From positions 1,674,001 through 1,738,000 of the forward strand of contig OX597842.1 in the NCBI GenBank assembly GCA_951406725.2: 64,000 nucleotides of DNA, given 5' to 3'. The DNA comes from Octopus vulgaris. Lineage: Eukaryota. Both the position numbers and the translations under genes were made by a program. Shown piece after piece: positions 16,126 through 28,708 of the stretch (position 1 is its first letter; each line of letters starts with the position of its first letter). The notes under the pieces are model-generated. The model saw only the letters and a list, made by a program, of their open reading frames with translations, was not told the origin of the DNA and searched no databases.

Positions 16126-16429
16126 GAGCTTTACTAATTTGCTTGTATGAACCACAAAAAACCTTAAATGGACCCCCTAGGGATCATAGGGACCCCAGTT
16201 GAAAACCATTTAGTTGTTCCTCGCTATAAACACAACTAAAGCAAAATTTCTTTCATAGGCCCCTAAAATACTATGGTGGTTCTTCAATTTACTATTTTGC
16301 TTGTGTGGCCCTTAAAAAGATCTTATATGGACCCTGCTTGATAACCACTGCCCTAAACTCTCGTCACTTGACACAAAACTGCATCACTCAATATGGCTCC
16401 TTCCCTCAGTTGAGTGGAAAAGCATCCAG

Positions 16430-17010
16430 TACTCCCTGTAAAGTGGTTGGTGTAAGGAAGGACATGCCAAAACAGACCCTGCCAGTGCTGGTGCCACATA
16501 AAAATGCACCCATTCCACTCTGCAAAGTGGTTGGCATTAGAAAGGGCATCCAGCCATAGAAACCATACCTAAGCACAGTCTTCTGACTTGCTGGCTCCAG
16601 TCAAACCATCCTCCGTGTGCCAACATGGAAGACGGACATTAAATGATGATGGCGATGGTGATGGTGATGGTGGTGATGATGGTAAAACTAGCAGTAGTGG
16701 ATTGTAGAGTGAATGTCATGGTTGGAATTCATTTTGGACAAGGGTCAATGATGACATTAGGAAGAGCATCCAGCCATAGAAACGATGCCTAAGCAGAGTC
16801 TTCTGGCTTGCGAGCTCCAATCAAATCATCCAACCTTTGCCAGCATGAAAAACAGATGTTAGATGCTGCTGCTGCTGCTGATGATGATGACGGCAGTGGC
16901 AACGATGACGGTAAAACCAGCAGGAATCTGTGATTGGTTTACATGTAGTGGATTGTAGAGTGAATGTCATGGTTGGAATTCATTTTGGACAGGGGTCAAT
17001 GATGATGATC
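16430..17010 (+). mobile_element. SINE family D 3' parts (ggcattaggaagggcatccag...(GAT)n tail), locally duplicated at ~220 bp spacing
   Basis: Same motif at 20640-20815(-), 34630-35227(-), 57850-58073, 60600-60990. Confidence 0.65.
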
Positions 17011-17192
17011 TCAGAATCGATCCATTTTTAGGTCTTTGTGGATAATTCTTTTCTTATTGTGTCTAGAATAAGGGCTACAATAAAAATAAAGCTGGAGGGT
17101 GTGAGTTCCATTTTATCCAGGTTTATTCTTGAAGTTGTCTCCCTTGGGATTTACCCCTTCACAAGTACTTCAGGACAGTGAGGGCTTATACA

Positions 17193-18017
17193 CAGGGCTG
17201 GATTAACCATTAAGCCAAATAAGTACTTGCTTGGGACATCAAGGGAAGGAGGGGGCAGCACAGAAATGGTAAATAGTTTACTATGCAAAAGAAATCAATT
17301 TAAACATGCTAAAATCATATTCCAAGTGGTTTCTATGATCAGAAATATAATTTCCAGGAGTTCATGGTGTAAGTGTGAGGATCTGATTAAAAACTTTGCA
17401 ATAGGCGTAGGAGTGGCTGTGTGGTAAGTAGCTTGTTTACCAACCACATGGTCCCGGGTTCATTCCCACAGTGTGGCACCTTGGTCAAGTGTCTTCTACT
17501 ATAGCCTCGGGCCGACCAAAGCCTTGTGAGTGGATTTGGTAGACGGAAACTGAAAGAAGCCCGTCGTATATATGTACATATATATATGTGTGTAAGTATA
17601 TGTTTGTGTGTCTGTGTTTGTCTCCCCAACATCGCTTGTGTGTTTACGTCCCCGTAACTTAGCGGTTCGGCAAAAGAGACCGATAGAATAAGTACTAGGC
17701 TTACAAAGAATAAGTCCTGGGGTCGATTTGCTCGACTAAAAGGTGGTGCTCCAGCATGGCCACAGTCAAATGACGGAAACAAGTAAAAGAGTAAAGAGTA
17801 AAGAGTAATTAAAAAAAGTAGAAGAAAACTTTTCAAATATAAATAAAGGGGAAATATTTTTGTATATTTTTCATTTTAATGTTAGTTTAGTTTCATTTTG
17901 AAAAATGAAAATTTTATAATATGCTTCATTATTGTTTATATTTTGAATTACATATATATGGGGGCACCAAAATCTTTTAAAGTGCTCAGGGCCTCTTTGA
18001 ATTTTAATCCGGCCCTG
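17193..18017. mobile_element. hAT-like non-autonomous DNA element interrupted by a SINE A; second partial copy at 18022-18280
   Basis: TIRs CAGGGCTGGATTAA / TTAATCCGGCCCTG; no matching 8 bp TSD found. Confidence 0.55.
17403..17808 (+). mobile_element. Full-length SINE family A with internal (TA/TG)n and (AAAGAGT)n tail
   Basis: Complete head-to-tail copy; similar copies at 21491-21880, 29588-29958, 31360-31768(-), 57146-57553, 61394-61806. Confidence 0.85.
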
Positions 18018-18297
18018 CATCCAGTACTGGTTTGACCATTAAGCAAAAGAAGCACGGGCTTAGGGCATCAACAGAAATGTTGCGGTACAGAAATGGTAAA
18101 TGGTTTATGGCACAAAAGAAATCACTTTAAATTTGCTAAAATAATATTCAAAGTGGTTTAGATGATCAGAAATATAATTATGAAGTGTCCATGGTGTCAT
18201 GGTGAGGATCTGATCAAAGATTTTGCAATTAAAAGAAAAATTAGGAGAAAACTTTTCAAATATAAATAAAGGGGAAATATACAAAAATAAACAACAG

Positions 18298-18445
18298 ATT
18301 ATTTACATTATTTACATTTGACAGATATTTGTCCTCACCTTGTTTGTTGTTAACACAACATTTCGGCTGATATATCCTCCAGCCTTCATCAGGTGTCTTG
18401 GGGGAAATTTCAAATCTGGTTTCTCATTCCTAAGGTATATTTCGA

Positions 18446-18502
<57 letters not shown>

Positions 18503-18582
18503 CCAGGTCACTGCGTGGAATTGAACTTGGAATTTTGGAGTAAGTAGTCTGTACTCTTAGCCGCTATGCAATATGCCTGTGG
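18298..18582 (-). mobile_element. tRNA-headed SINE-like element carrying a hammerhead motif (family H), copy 1
   Basis: Minus strand: degenerate A box TTGCATAGCGG, B box AAGTTCAATTCC, (AAT)n, HHR, tail (AATGTAAAT)2. Confidence 0.75.
18352..18397 (-). ncRNA. Type-I hammerhead ribozyme motif
   Basis: GACAC-CTGATGA-A-GGCTG gaggatatat CAGCC-GAAAT-GTT-GTGTT (GAAAC in copy 2). Confidence 0.75.
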
Positions 18583-18982
18583 CAATATGCCCCCTCCTCT
18601 CTCAAAATTCCTTGTCTTGCAAAGTTATTTGGTGTCCCACTGTGTGACACCTTGGTCAAGTACCTTTTACTATAGCCTCAGGCCGACCAAAACCTTGTGA
18701 ATGGATTTGGTAGATGGAAACTGAAAGAAGCCCGTTGTATATATGTATATATATGTATGTGTGTGTGTATATGTTTGTCCTGCCGACATCGCTTGACAAC
18801 AGATGCTTGTGTGCTTACGTCCCCGTAACTTAGTGGTTCGGCAAAAGAGACTGATAGAATAAATACTAGGCTTACAAAGAATAAGTCCTGGGGTCGATTT
18901 GCTCGGCTAAAGGCGTTGCTCCAGCATGGCCACAGTCAAATGACTGAAACAAGTAAAAGAGTAAAGAGTATGTATATACATA

Positions 18983-20184
18983 CACACAGACATGCAGGAA
19001 GTAAATGGACACCTTTAATTTTCCAAATCTTTTATTTGATACGCAAAGCGAACAATTGAAATGTAATCGATAGGTAGGACTACATACTTTGGTATTTAGT
19101 TGACATTTCCTTTGCAGTTTTTAATTCAGAAACTCTTTTTGGCATTGGACTGATGAGCTTTGAGATTGTCTCTTGTGGAATTTCTTCCCACTTTTCATGC
19201 AACAATCGAAACAATTCAGCTTTAGATTTAGGTTTCTGTCAAGTTTTTGTATAGCTCTATCTAGTATGCTCCAAAGATTTTCAATTGGGTTCACGTTTGA
19301 TGATTGGCTTTTTGATCCCATTTTCAATCAACCATTGTTGATTCCTGTTCACTATGTGGCATGGAGCCCCATCTTCCATGAATAAAAACTCATTTTTCGT
19401 TATGTTATTGTGTGAATACATCGGAAGTAGTCCTTTCTTAAGTATTTCGAAGTATTTTCAGAGTTTATGGTTCCAACACATTCAATAAGCTCAGAACGAC
19501 TGTTGCTGATGACAGCTACCCATGCCATTACAGAGATACTGCCATGTTTCACAGTTGGTCGGAGTCGTTTCAAATCAAATTCTTGTCTGAAAATAATGCA
19601 AATCTGGGTTCATCTGAGAAAATCACTCTATCACAAAATGAACTGGATTTTTCTGACATTTTAACCCATTTCTTTCTTTTCATTATATTAAATGGTTGAA
19701 GGAGAGGTTTTCTTCTAGCTGCTCGTCCATAATACCCAAGCTTATGCAGATATGCAGCACACGTTCTGGCAATAACTTCTAGCTGTTTTGCAATGTCAGA
19801 AGTCTTTGAACAGGGTTCGTTTTCCACAATTCTCTTCAAACAGTGAAGCCTCCTTTCCGAGGGCCCAGGTTGGCTGGGACGAGAATCTGTTGATTCCTTT
19901 CCTTGGCTTTTGAATTGCACTATAATTCTATAAACAGTAGCAAGAGGAATTTGAAGATTTTCGCCTATTTTTTGCTGGCTAAGACCAGCCTCAGATTGCT
20001 CAACAATACGATCTCTTTGAAAATCTGACAGCTGTGCTGAATTTTTTGCGTGTGGCATGGTTATTTTTGCAAATGTTTAAAATAATGGCACCTGGAATGA
20101 AAAAGAATAATTACATTGTAAATTCTACACCACTAAAAACATATTAAGACAATTCTATCAGAAATTTTGAAAATTAAAGGTGTC
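18983..20184 (-). mobile_element. Decayed Tc1-family transposon
   Basis: Inverted GACACCTTTAATTTTC at 19008 and ending at 20184; outer part of the right TIR missing. Confidence 0.85.
19090..20058 (-). pseudogene. Tc1-like transposase pseudogene (frameshifted)
   Basis: N-terminal HTH (LSDFQRDRIV...IPLATVYRII), GRAARRKPLL, VIFSDE, FMEDGAPCH near 19356-19385, NPIENLW, in different frames. Confidence 0.9.
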
Positions 20185-20598
20185 TTATATTAAACTTTTT
20201 AATACTTTTTGATAGTTATATATATTTAATAAAAAAAAATAAATTTTAATTTATAAATATAAATTAATAATTTTAATTTTAAATTTTAATTTAAATAATT
20301 TAAATTTTCAAATTTTATATTTTATATATTTTGTACATTAAGTGTTTTTATCTTTATGTTTTTCACTGTTTGATTTGCCTAATAGTGGTTTTATCTCTAA
20401 TTTAATTTATATATATATATATAATTTATTGGCATTGAATGCTCGAAATGAGGAGTAGACAGACAGCCGACAACTGATGATGGTCATTCTCTATTTCTTG
20501 TCCTGTTTTCCATCTTTTTTTCACTGTTTGGGTATTCAACTTGTTTGTTTTCGTACTTCATGTTGTTTACACAGTTGGTCACATCCTGTACACATATA

Positions 20599-20645
<47 letters not shown>

Positions 20646-20894
20646 TCATCATCATCATCATTGTTTAACGCCCGCTTTCTATGCTGGTATGGGTTGGACG
20701 ATTTGACTGAGGACTGGTGAGCCAGACGGCTGCACCAGGCTCCAATCTTGATCTGGCAGAGTTTCTACAGCTGGATGCCCTTCCTAATGCCAACCACTCC
20801 GAGAGTGTAGTGGGTATAGTATTTATAATATTATTTAATTGAATGCCACATCCATTTCCAAGTAACTTTATATATATGCGTGTGTGTGTATAAG

Positions 20895-20935
<41 letters not shown>

Positions 20936-21074
20936 TATGTCTATATAATGTTTATATTTACATGTCACATATTTGTGTGTGTACACGCATGTATGCATAT
21001 GAATATAAATATGCTACTTTTTATAGGACTTTCTATTTCTGTTAACATGTCTGTTTGATGAGTTTGTTATTTAT

Positions 21075-21165
21075 ATCCCGCTGATGAGACTGATGCATTG
21101 CTGACCATAATTTATCCTGTTTGACATTTTTGAAGTGCATCCATCGAAACGTATGTAGAAGAATT
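21075..21165 (+). ncRNA. Degenerate HHR-like motif with long stem II loop
   Basis: CTGATGA (21081) GActGATGCA...TGCATCcaTC GAAAC gtat GTA; stem I does not pair well. Confidence 0.4.
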
Positions 21166-22121
21166 TAAGATAGAAATAGTTTAACAACATCCTGAGTGTT
21201 TGCCCCCTTATTTAATTTTCGTATATGCATATATAGACATATATCTATATAGAGACATACTTTTTTTTTTATTAAAGCTGCAAATACATCAGTTTTGTGA
21301 TGTTTTTGTAGCTTTAATAAAAAAGCATATCACTCTACCTCTGGTATTCAAGTACTATTTTTTCCAACTTGTTTTGCATTTATGTGCTTACTTGCATGTG
21401 CATGTGTATATATATATTATACACACATATGGATATATAAATATACACATATAGATATATAGTTATATACATACAGTCATATACATACATAGGCGCAGGA
21501 GTGGCTGTGTGGTAAGTAGCTTGCTTACAAACCACATGGTTCTATGTTCAGTCCTGCTGTGTGGCACCTTCGGCAAGTGCCTCCTACTATAGTCTTGGGC
21601 CGACCAAAGCCTTGTGTGTGGATTTGGTAGACGGAAACTGAAAGAAGCCTGTCATATGTATATATATGTGTGTGTGTGTGTGTGTTTGTTCCCCTAGCAT
21701 TGCTTGACAACTGATGCTGGTGTATATATGTCAATGTAACTTAGTGGTTGGGCAAAAGAGATCGATAGAATAAGTACTAGGCTTACAAAGAATAAGACCT
21801 GGGGTCGATTTGCTTGACTAAAGGCAGTGCTCCAGCATGGCCGCAGTCAAATGATTGAAACAAGTAAAAGAATAAAAGAATACATACTTATGTGTGTGTG
21901 TATAATGGATTTTGTGCATGATGTACTATCTATTAATCAATAAAAAACTCGGAAACAGCTGTAGTGAATGAACCATTATACACCTCTTTCTTTCTCCCTC
22001 TTTCTCTCTCTCTCTTCCTCTCTCTCATTCTCTCTCTCTCTCTCTGTCTCCTTTCTCTGTGTCTCTGTTTTATCTCTGTCTCTCTTTCTTTCTCTCTCTC
22101 TCTCTCTATATATATATATGC

Positions 22122-22168
<47 letters not shown>

Positions 22169-22182
22169 CATATATTTATATT

Positions 22183-22215
<33 letters not shown>

Positions 22216-22484
22216 GCATGTGTATATATATATGTATGTATATATATGTATATATGTATGTATATATATTCTTTTACTTGTTTCAGTGAAGTAAGAGGAG
22301 TATAAGAAAGTGGGGAGCACTGCCTTTAGTCAAGCAAATCGACACCAAGACTTAGTATTTGTAAGCTTAGTACCTATTCTATCAGTCTCTTTTGCTGAAC
22401 CACTAAGTTATGGGGACATAAATACACCAGCATCGGTTGTCAAGCAGTGGTTGTCAATAAATATATATATATATATATGTATAT

Positions 22485-22548
<64 letters not shown>

Positions 22549-22594
22549 GTATATGTTTTTATATATATATATATATATGTATATATATGTATAT

Positions 22595-22627
<33 letters not shown>

Positions 22628-22630
<3 letters not shown>

Positions 22631-22852
22631 GAGTAAACACATAAATGTGAAACAAGGTGGAAAAAAGAGTACTCAAATACCAGTGGTAGAGTAATATGCT
22701 TTATTTAAAGCAGCAGAAAATTCAACAAAACCTGTTACTTTGAGTTTCCTGTTGCCGTTCATCGGACAATTTTTGCAAAAACTGTCCGATGAATGGCAAC
22801 GGGAAACTCAGAGTAACAGGTTTTGTTGAATTTTCTACTGCTTTAAATAAAG
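22628..22852. mobile_element. Fold-back element: spacerless palindrome 22699-22852 plus ~70 bp unpaired tail, HHR motif in each arm; relatives at 21260-21390, 26259-26310, 51646-51845
   Basis: Arms reverse-complementary about ttttg|caaaa; CTGT-CCGATGA-atg gcaa cgg-GAAAC-tcaga-GTA-ACAG at 22782-22819. Confidence 0.8.
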
Positions 22853-22877
<25 letters not shown>

Positions 22878-22883
<6 letters not shown>

Positions 22884-23233
22884 AGGAAATGAAGAAAATG
22901 CTGACAAAATAATTTAAGTAAGGGAGAGTGTATTTAATTAGGTGAAAGTTCTTTTTACCGGTTGCGCATTTGTTATGTTTATCAAAAGATATTTTTTAAG
23001 AGAGATAGAGTTCCTTTCTGATAGATTTTTTTCTCTTATCTGATAAAAAATCTATCAGAAAGGAACTCTATCTCTCTTAAAAAATTATCTTTTGATAAGC
23101 ATAACAAATGCGCAACCGGTAAAAAGAACTTTCACCTAATTAAATACACTCTCCCTTACTTAAATTATTTTGTCAGCATTTTCTTCATTTCCTTTTTTTA
23201 TATATCACAACTTGTGTTCCACATCTCCTTTTT

Positions 23234-23235
<2 letters not shown>
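22878..23235. mobile_element. Fold-back element: ~155 bp near-perfect inverted arms, ~13 nt loop, ~30 bp tail, within (TA)n
   Basis: 22878-23031 is the reverse complement of 23045-23199 with few mismatches; HHR-like TTGATAA-GCAT aacaa ATGC-GCAAC-CG-GTA at 23092-23121. Confidence 0.8.
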
Positions 23236-23284
<49 letters not shown>

Positions 23285-23378
23285 ATATGTGTGTATATAT
23301 ATGTATATATATATATATATATATGTTTATATATGTATATGTTTATATATATGTGTGTATATATATATATATATAATA

Positions 23379-23717
23379 TAGAAAAGAGTGAAAAAACTAC
23401 AGAAGGCTTGATTTATAAGGTTAAAGAATAGTTTTAAGTCATTATGTTAGAAAAATGTTATAAAATTTTGTGTATAGTAGCATAGTTTTTGGAGAAATAA
23501 CCGGTTTCGTGTAAACTTTTCAAATTTCTCAAAATTTACACGAAACCGGTAATTTCTCCTAAAACTATGTTACTATACACAAAATTTTTCTAACATTTTT
23601 CTAACATAACGACTGAAATATATTCTTTAACCTTATAAAACAAGCCTTCTGTAGTTTTTTCACTCTTTTCTATTTTTTATACATCCAACCACATGCTTTT
23701 ACACACCAACTTTCTCT

Positions 23718-23720
<3 letters not shown>
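23379..23720. mobile_element. Fold-back element: ~137 bp inverted arms, short loop, ~48 bp tail, within (TA)n
   Basis: 23379-23515 vs 23535-23672 are reverse-complementary. Confidence 0.8.
23492..23530 (-). ncRNA. Type-I HHR motif with U3-A8 core
   Basis: GAGAAAT-TTGAAAA-GT ttac AC-GAAAC-CG-GTT-ATTTCTC; 7 bp perfect stem I, palindromic stem III. Confidence 0.7.
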
Positions 23721-23771
<51 letters not shown>

Positions 23772-23999
23772 AAATAAGAAAATGGAGGAACTCACAACCC
23801 CTATCTCATTTATATATATATATATGAGAGGCTTCTACACAGTTTCTATCAACCAAATTCATTTACATGGCATTGGTTGACCCAGTATGATGGTAGAAAA
23901 TATCTGCCTAAGGTGCCATACAATGGGATTGAACCCAGAATGAATGGCTTGTCGTGCATCTTAAATATTTTAAAATGTAGGTCTATTCACCTTGTTTAA

Positions 24000-24300
24000 T
24001 GTGTCCTGTCATTTGCATGACAGTTGTGTATGATTTTAGGGAGATTTGGCTGTTATTTTTAGCAGGCCTGGTGACTATTCAGAAATCAGCCTTAGGTCAT
24101 ACATGCATATATATACATAATAAGACAGTAAGGTGTGATTTGAGGGAGATTTGGCTGCTATTTCTACCAGGTCTAAGCAGTATTTAGAAGTCTCCCACAT
24201 TGGCTCATACATACACATATATAAACATAAGACATTAGGGTGTGATATGAGGGAGATTCAGCAGCTATTTCTACCATGTCTAGCAACCATGTAGAGGTCT
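24000..24300. repeat. Three dispersed copies of gtgatttgagggagatttggctgctatttcta (short repeat family)
   Basis: Copies near 24030, 24134, 24242; diverged reverse copies near 1560 and 32040. Confidence 0.6.
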
Positions 24301-24489
24301 GTCACTGGTTGCTGTTATTGATGATGTCATAGCTCATAGTAGCAACATCCATAACTGCCCCTTTAAGACAAGACAGCCACCACCTCCTCCTCCCCACTTT
24401 CTTCTACTCCTCTCACTTCACCCAATTCTGTCTCCTACTTCGTCTGGCGTTTTGTCCTCAGCTCTGGCAATTAAAGATAGTCTTGTTGT

Positions 24490-25590
24490 TGATGGCCATG
24501 GTGGTGGTGGTGGTGGTTGTGGTTGTGATGGTGGTGGTTGTGGTGGTGGTAGTGGTGGTTGTGGTTGTGATGGTGGTGGTGGTGGTGAATGTGTTGGTGG
24601 TAGTGGTGGCGGAGATGATGGTGGTGGTGGTGGTTGTGATGGTGGTGGTTGTGGTTGTGATGGTGGTGGTTGTGGTTGTGATGGTGGTGGTGGTGGTGGT
24701 GAATGTGTTGGTGGTAGTGGTGGCAGAGATGATGGTGGTGGTGGTTGTGATGGTGGTGGTAGTGGTGAATGTGTTGGTGGTAGTGGTGGCGGAGATGATG
24801 GTGGTGGTGGTGGTTGTGGTGGTGGTGGTGGTTGTAATAGTGATGGAGGTGGTGGTGATAGTTGTGTTTATAGTGGTGGTGGCGGATGTGGCATATGTGG
24901 TCGTGAAGGTGGTGGTGGTGTGAATGTGTTGGTGGTAGTGGTTATGGTAGTGATGGAGGCGATGATGGTGATGGTGGTGGTTGTGGTTGTGGTGGTTCTG
25001 GTGCTTGTGATGGTGGTGGTGGTGGTTGTAATGGTGATGGAGGTGGTGGTGATAGTTGTGTTTATGGTGGTGGTTGTGGTGGTGGCGATGGTAGTGGTGG
25101 TGGTGATGGTGGTGGCGATGGTAGTGGTGGTGGTGATGGTGGTGGCAGTGTTGATGATGGTTGTCATGGTGGTGAAGTTGGTGATGGTGGTGGTTGCGAT
25201 GGTGATGGAGGTGGTGGTGATAGTTGCTGTTGTAGTGGTGGTGGTAGTGGGTGGTGGTGGGTGGTGGTGGAGGTGTCATTTGTGTTCACGAATATGATAG
25301 TGGTGGTGGTGATGGTGATGGTGGTGGTAGACAATGCTGTTAATAGTGATGGTGGTGGTACTGTAGTGTGTGGTCATGATGGAGTTGGCAGCAGCATCAA
25401 CATTTGCAGTTTCTGTAACGATGGTGGTGGTGGTGGAGGTGGTGGTTGTGGTGGTAGTGGCTAATGGTAGTTCCTGGTTGAAATCGATATTAGAGCGAAA
25501 GTACATGCAGTAGTGATGCTAATAATGGTGGGGATGGTGATGGTAGTATTGATGGCAGTGCTGGTGGTAGTGCTGGTGCTGGTGGTGGTA
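24490..25590. repeat. (GGT/GAT)n low-complexity tract with internal short duplications
   Basis: Direct inspection. Confidence 0.9.
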
Positions 25591-26309
25591 GAGACATGAG
25601 CCATATCTGTTGCTTCACTGTTGCAGTTTTCCGTGTTGATAAACACACACAAACAAACACACACACACAAACATATATATATATATATATACAAAACATA
25701 TACTCACACACAGACATGTTAATACTCAGCACTCAAAGCACCCGAGTCACTCTGCTGCTTCTGTGGAATACTGCTTTCAAATTTCAGCACAAGGCCAGCA
25801 ATGTTGTGGCGGCGGGGGTGGAAATGGTTACACCATTCCCAGTACTTAACTGGTACTTAATTTATCAACCCCAAGAGGAAAAAATGCAAAGTGGATCTCA
25901 GTGAAATTTGAACTCTGATGGATGAAATGCTGATAAACATTTTGCCTGGCATGCTACCAGTTCTGCCAGCTTCCTACGTTGTTTTTGCTAAACATGAATA
26001 TATACATATATATAGGGAGAGAGAATTCACAAAAAAAAAAAGATGAAGACAGGTGGCGTAGACAACAAACAAATGTATTAGTTTAATGCTCAGGAAGTGA
26101 AAAAGTCTTTAACGTTTCGATCCTACGCTCTTCCACAGAAAGGGACACAGAAAGAAACAAGGAGAGAAAATAAAGAATGCGTAGTGGCTTGTGTATGTAT
26201 ATATATATATATATATACCCATACTGTATGTCTATATGTACATATATATATATATATGAGAAACTCAGAGTAACAGATTTTGTTGAATTTTCTGCTGCTT
26301 AAAATAAAG

Positions 26310-26333
<24 letters not shown>

Positions 26334-26340
<7 letters not shown>

Positions 26341-26663
26341 AAGGGTGAAAAGGAACACACAAGTTGATATATATGAAAAAACAAGTCAAGATAGAAAATG
26401 CTAAAATAATTTTATAAAGAACATTTCAAAGGTAGAAACAAGGAAAATGCCACTTATATTTGAACACTATACAAATATTCCTTTAAAAACACTTTTCTTT
26501 TAATTTTTCTAAATTTAATTATTTAATCGTTACAGTTGAAAAGGTCTCAAAATGACCGAAACCGGTACTGGAATGTTCTTTATAAAATTATTTTAGCATT
26601 TTCTATCTTGACTTGTTTTTTCATATATATCAACTTGTGTGTTCCTTTTCACCCTTATACATA
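26334..26663. mobile_element. Element with ~90 bp terminal inverted repeats within (TA)n, containing an HHR motif at 26533-26570
   Basis: 26334-26425 vs 26572-26663 inverted; CAG-TTGAAAA-GGTC tcaaaat GACC-GAAAC-CG-GTA-CTG. Confidence 0.75.
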
Positions 26664-27999
26664 GATATATATATATATATATATATAGGGAGAATTCACA
26701 AAAAAAAAAAAAGACGAAGGCAAGTGGTATAGAAAACAAACATGTATTAGTTTAATGTTCGGGAAGTGAAAAAGTCTTTAATGTTTCGAGCCTATGCTCT
26801 TCCACAGAAAGGAACACAAGGAGTGAAAATAAAGAATGTGTAGTGGTTAGCAATCTATCAATACTACATATATATAATTCAAATCTATAGAAAAACAAAG
26901 ACAGAGACAGGTGTAGGAACAACAAGCAAGTATATTGGTTTGACGCTCAGGAAAAATGGAAAAGTCTTTTACATTTCAAGCCTACTCTCTTCAACAGAAA
27001 GGAATAAGAGAAAATAAACAGATAGAGAAAAAATGCCTGTTGAGTTCAGTGGTCCCTGTGTGTGTATATATATTGGCTTCCCAGACCCCGGTCGAACCGT
27101 CCAACCCGTGCTAGCGCGGAAAACGGACGTTAAACGATGATGATGATGATGATGATGATATGTATATATATGTATGTATATACTAGGCACAGGTATAGCT
27201 GTGTGGTAAGAAGTTTGCTTCCCAGCCACATGGTTCTGTGGCATCTCAAGTAGTGTCTTGTACTATAGCTTTGGACCAGCCAAAGCCTTGTGAGTGTATT
27301 TGGTACATGGAAACTGAAAGAAGCCTATCATATATAATGTTTGTATGTATGTATATATGTATATGTGTGTGTATATGTATACACACATACAATCATATAT
27401 ATATATATATAGGTACAGATGTGGTTGTATGGTAAGAAGCTTGCATTCCAACCACATGGTTTCGGGTTCAGTCCTACAGTGTGGCACCTTGGGCAAATGT
27501 CTTCCACTATAGCCTTAGACCAACCAAAGCCTTCTTAGCCGATTTGGTAGCTGGAAACTAAAAGAAGCCCGTCATGTGTGTGTGTATTTGTTGGTGTGTT
27601 TATGTCCCTGTAACGTAGGGTGACAACTGGTGTTGGTGGTTTACATCCCCATAATTTAGTGGTTCAGCAAAAGAGACTGATAGAAAAATCCTGGGGTCAA
27701 TTTATTCAACTAAAACCCCTTCAAGTTGGTGCTCCAGCATGGCCGTAGTCAAATGACAAACCAGTAAAAGAATAAAAGAATAAAATATACTTGACTGAGT
27801 GGAGTTTACCATGGAACAGAAAAGCTCTAAAAATTTATATATTAATTCCCATTTTAACGATTACACTAAATAATTAAAACTGGTTTTCTTATCTCATACA
27901 AACTGTTCACACAGAAATTTAGACTCATTTCTCCAAATCCTGCCAGATATTTTTTAATGCCAGCAAATTATGTTTGTCTATCTGGACAGCTGGGTGAGA

Positions 28000-28190
28000 A
28001 TGACCACTCTACTCATCTTGTCCCAATTCTTCTCCATTTGGAGGTCTGGACCGAACCAGACCCTCAGCAATTTAACTGGTCTGTCAGTCCAGCATCCCAA
28101 AGTGGAGATGCTGTTGGACAGCATGGGCTTGTTTCTCCAGGTGCCAAGTCACAAACCCACAGGCTTTTCCAAGTTTAAGTTTTGCTCCTA
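28000..28190 (-). mobile_element. L1/Tx1-like LINE ORF2 fragment
   Basis: Hand translation GAKLKLEKPVGL*LGTWRNKP...WTDRPVKLLRVWFGPDLQMEKNW resembles the end of Tx1-type RT; contains an in-frame stop. Confidence 0.65.
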
Positions 28191-28224
28191 TTACTGTTTT
28201 GTATTCTTTTAGTGTTTTGCCTAG

Positions 28225-28321
28225 CAGGTCGATAGATACATAGATAGTGGAACATAGACAGATAGATAGATGATGAGATAGATAGATAGATATATATATA
28301 TATAGATAGATTGATAGATAA

Positions 28322-28399
<78 letters not shown>

Positions 28400-28400
28400 T

Positions 28401-28446
<46 letters not shown>

Positions 28447-28655
28447 CAGACAGATAGATTAACAGATGGATAGATAGAGAGAGAGATAGGTAGGTCGATA
28501 GATGGTCAGATGGTGAGATAGATAGATTGATAAATAGACACACAAATAGATAGACAGATAAATAGACAAACAGATAGATAGATTCAGATAGATAGATAAA
28601 TAGACTGATAGAGTGGCAGATAGATATAGCTATTGATAGATAGATAGACCAACTC

Positions 28656-28708
<53 letters not shown>

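Noticed and set aside
19570-20058. Tc1 ORF as an active or domesticated transposase
   Set aside because: Ends shortly after the first catalytic D; remaining motifs are frameshifted and one TIR is truncated
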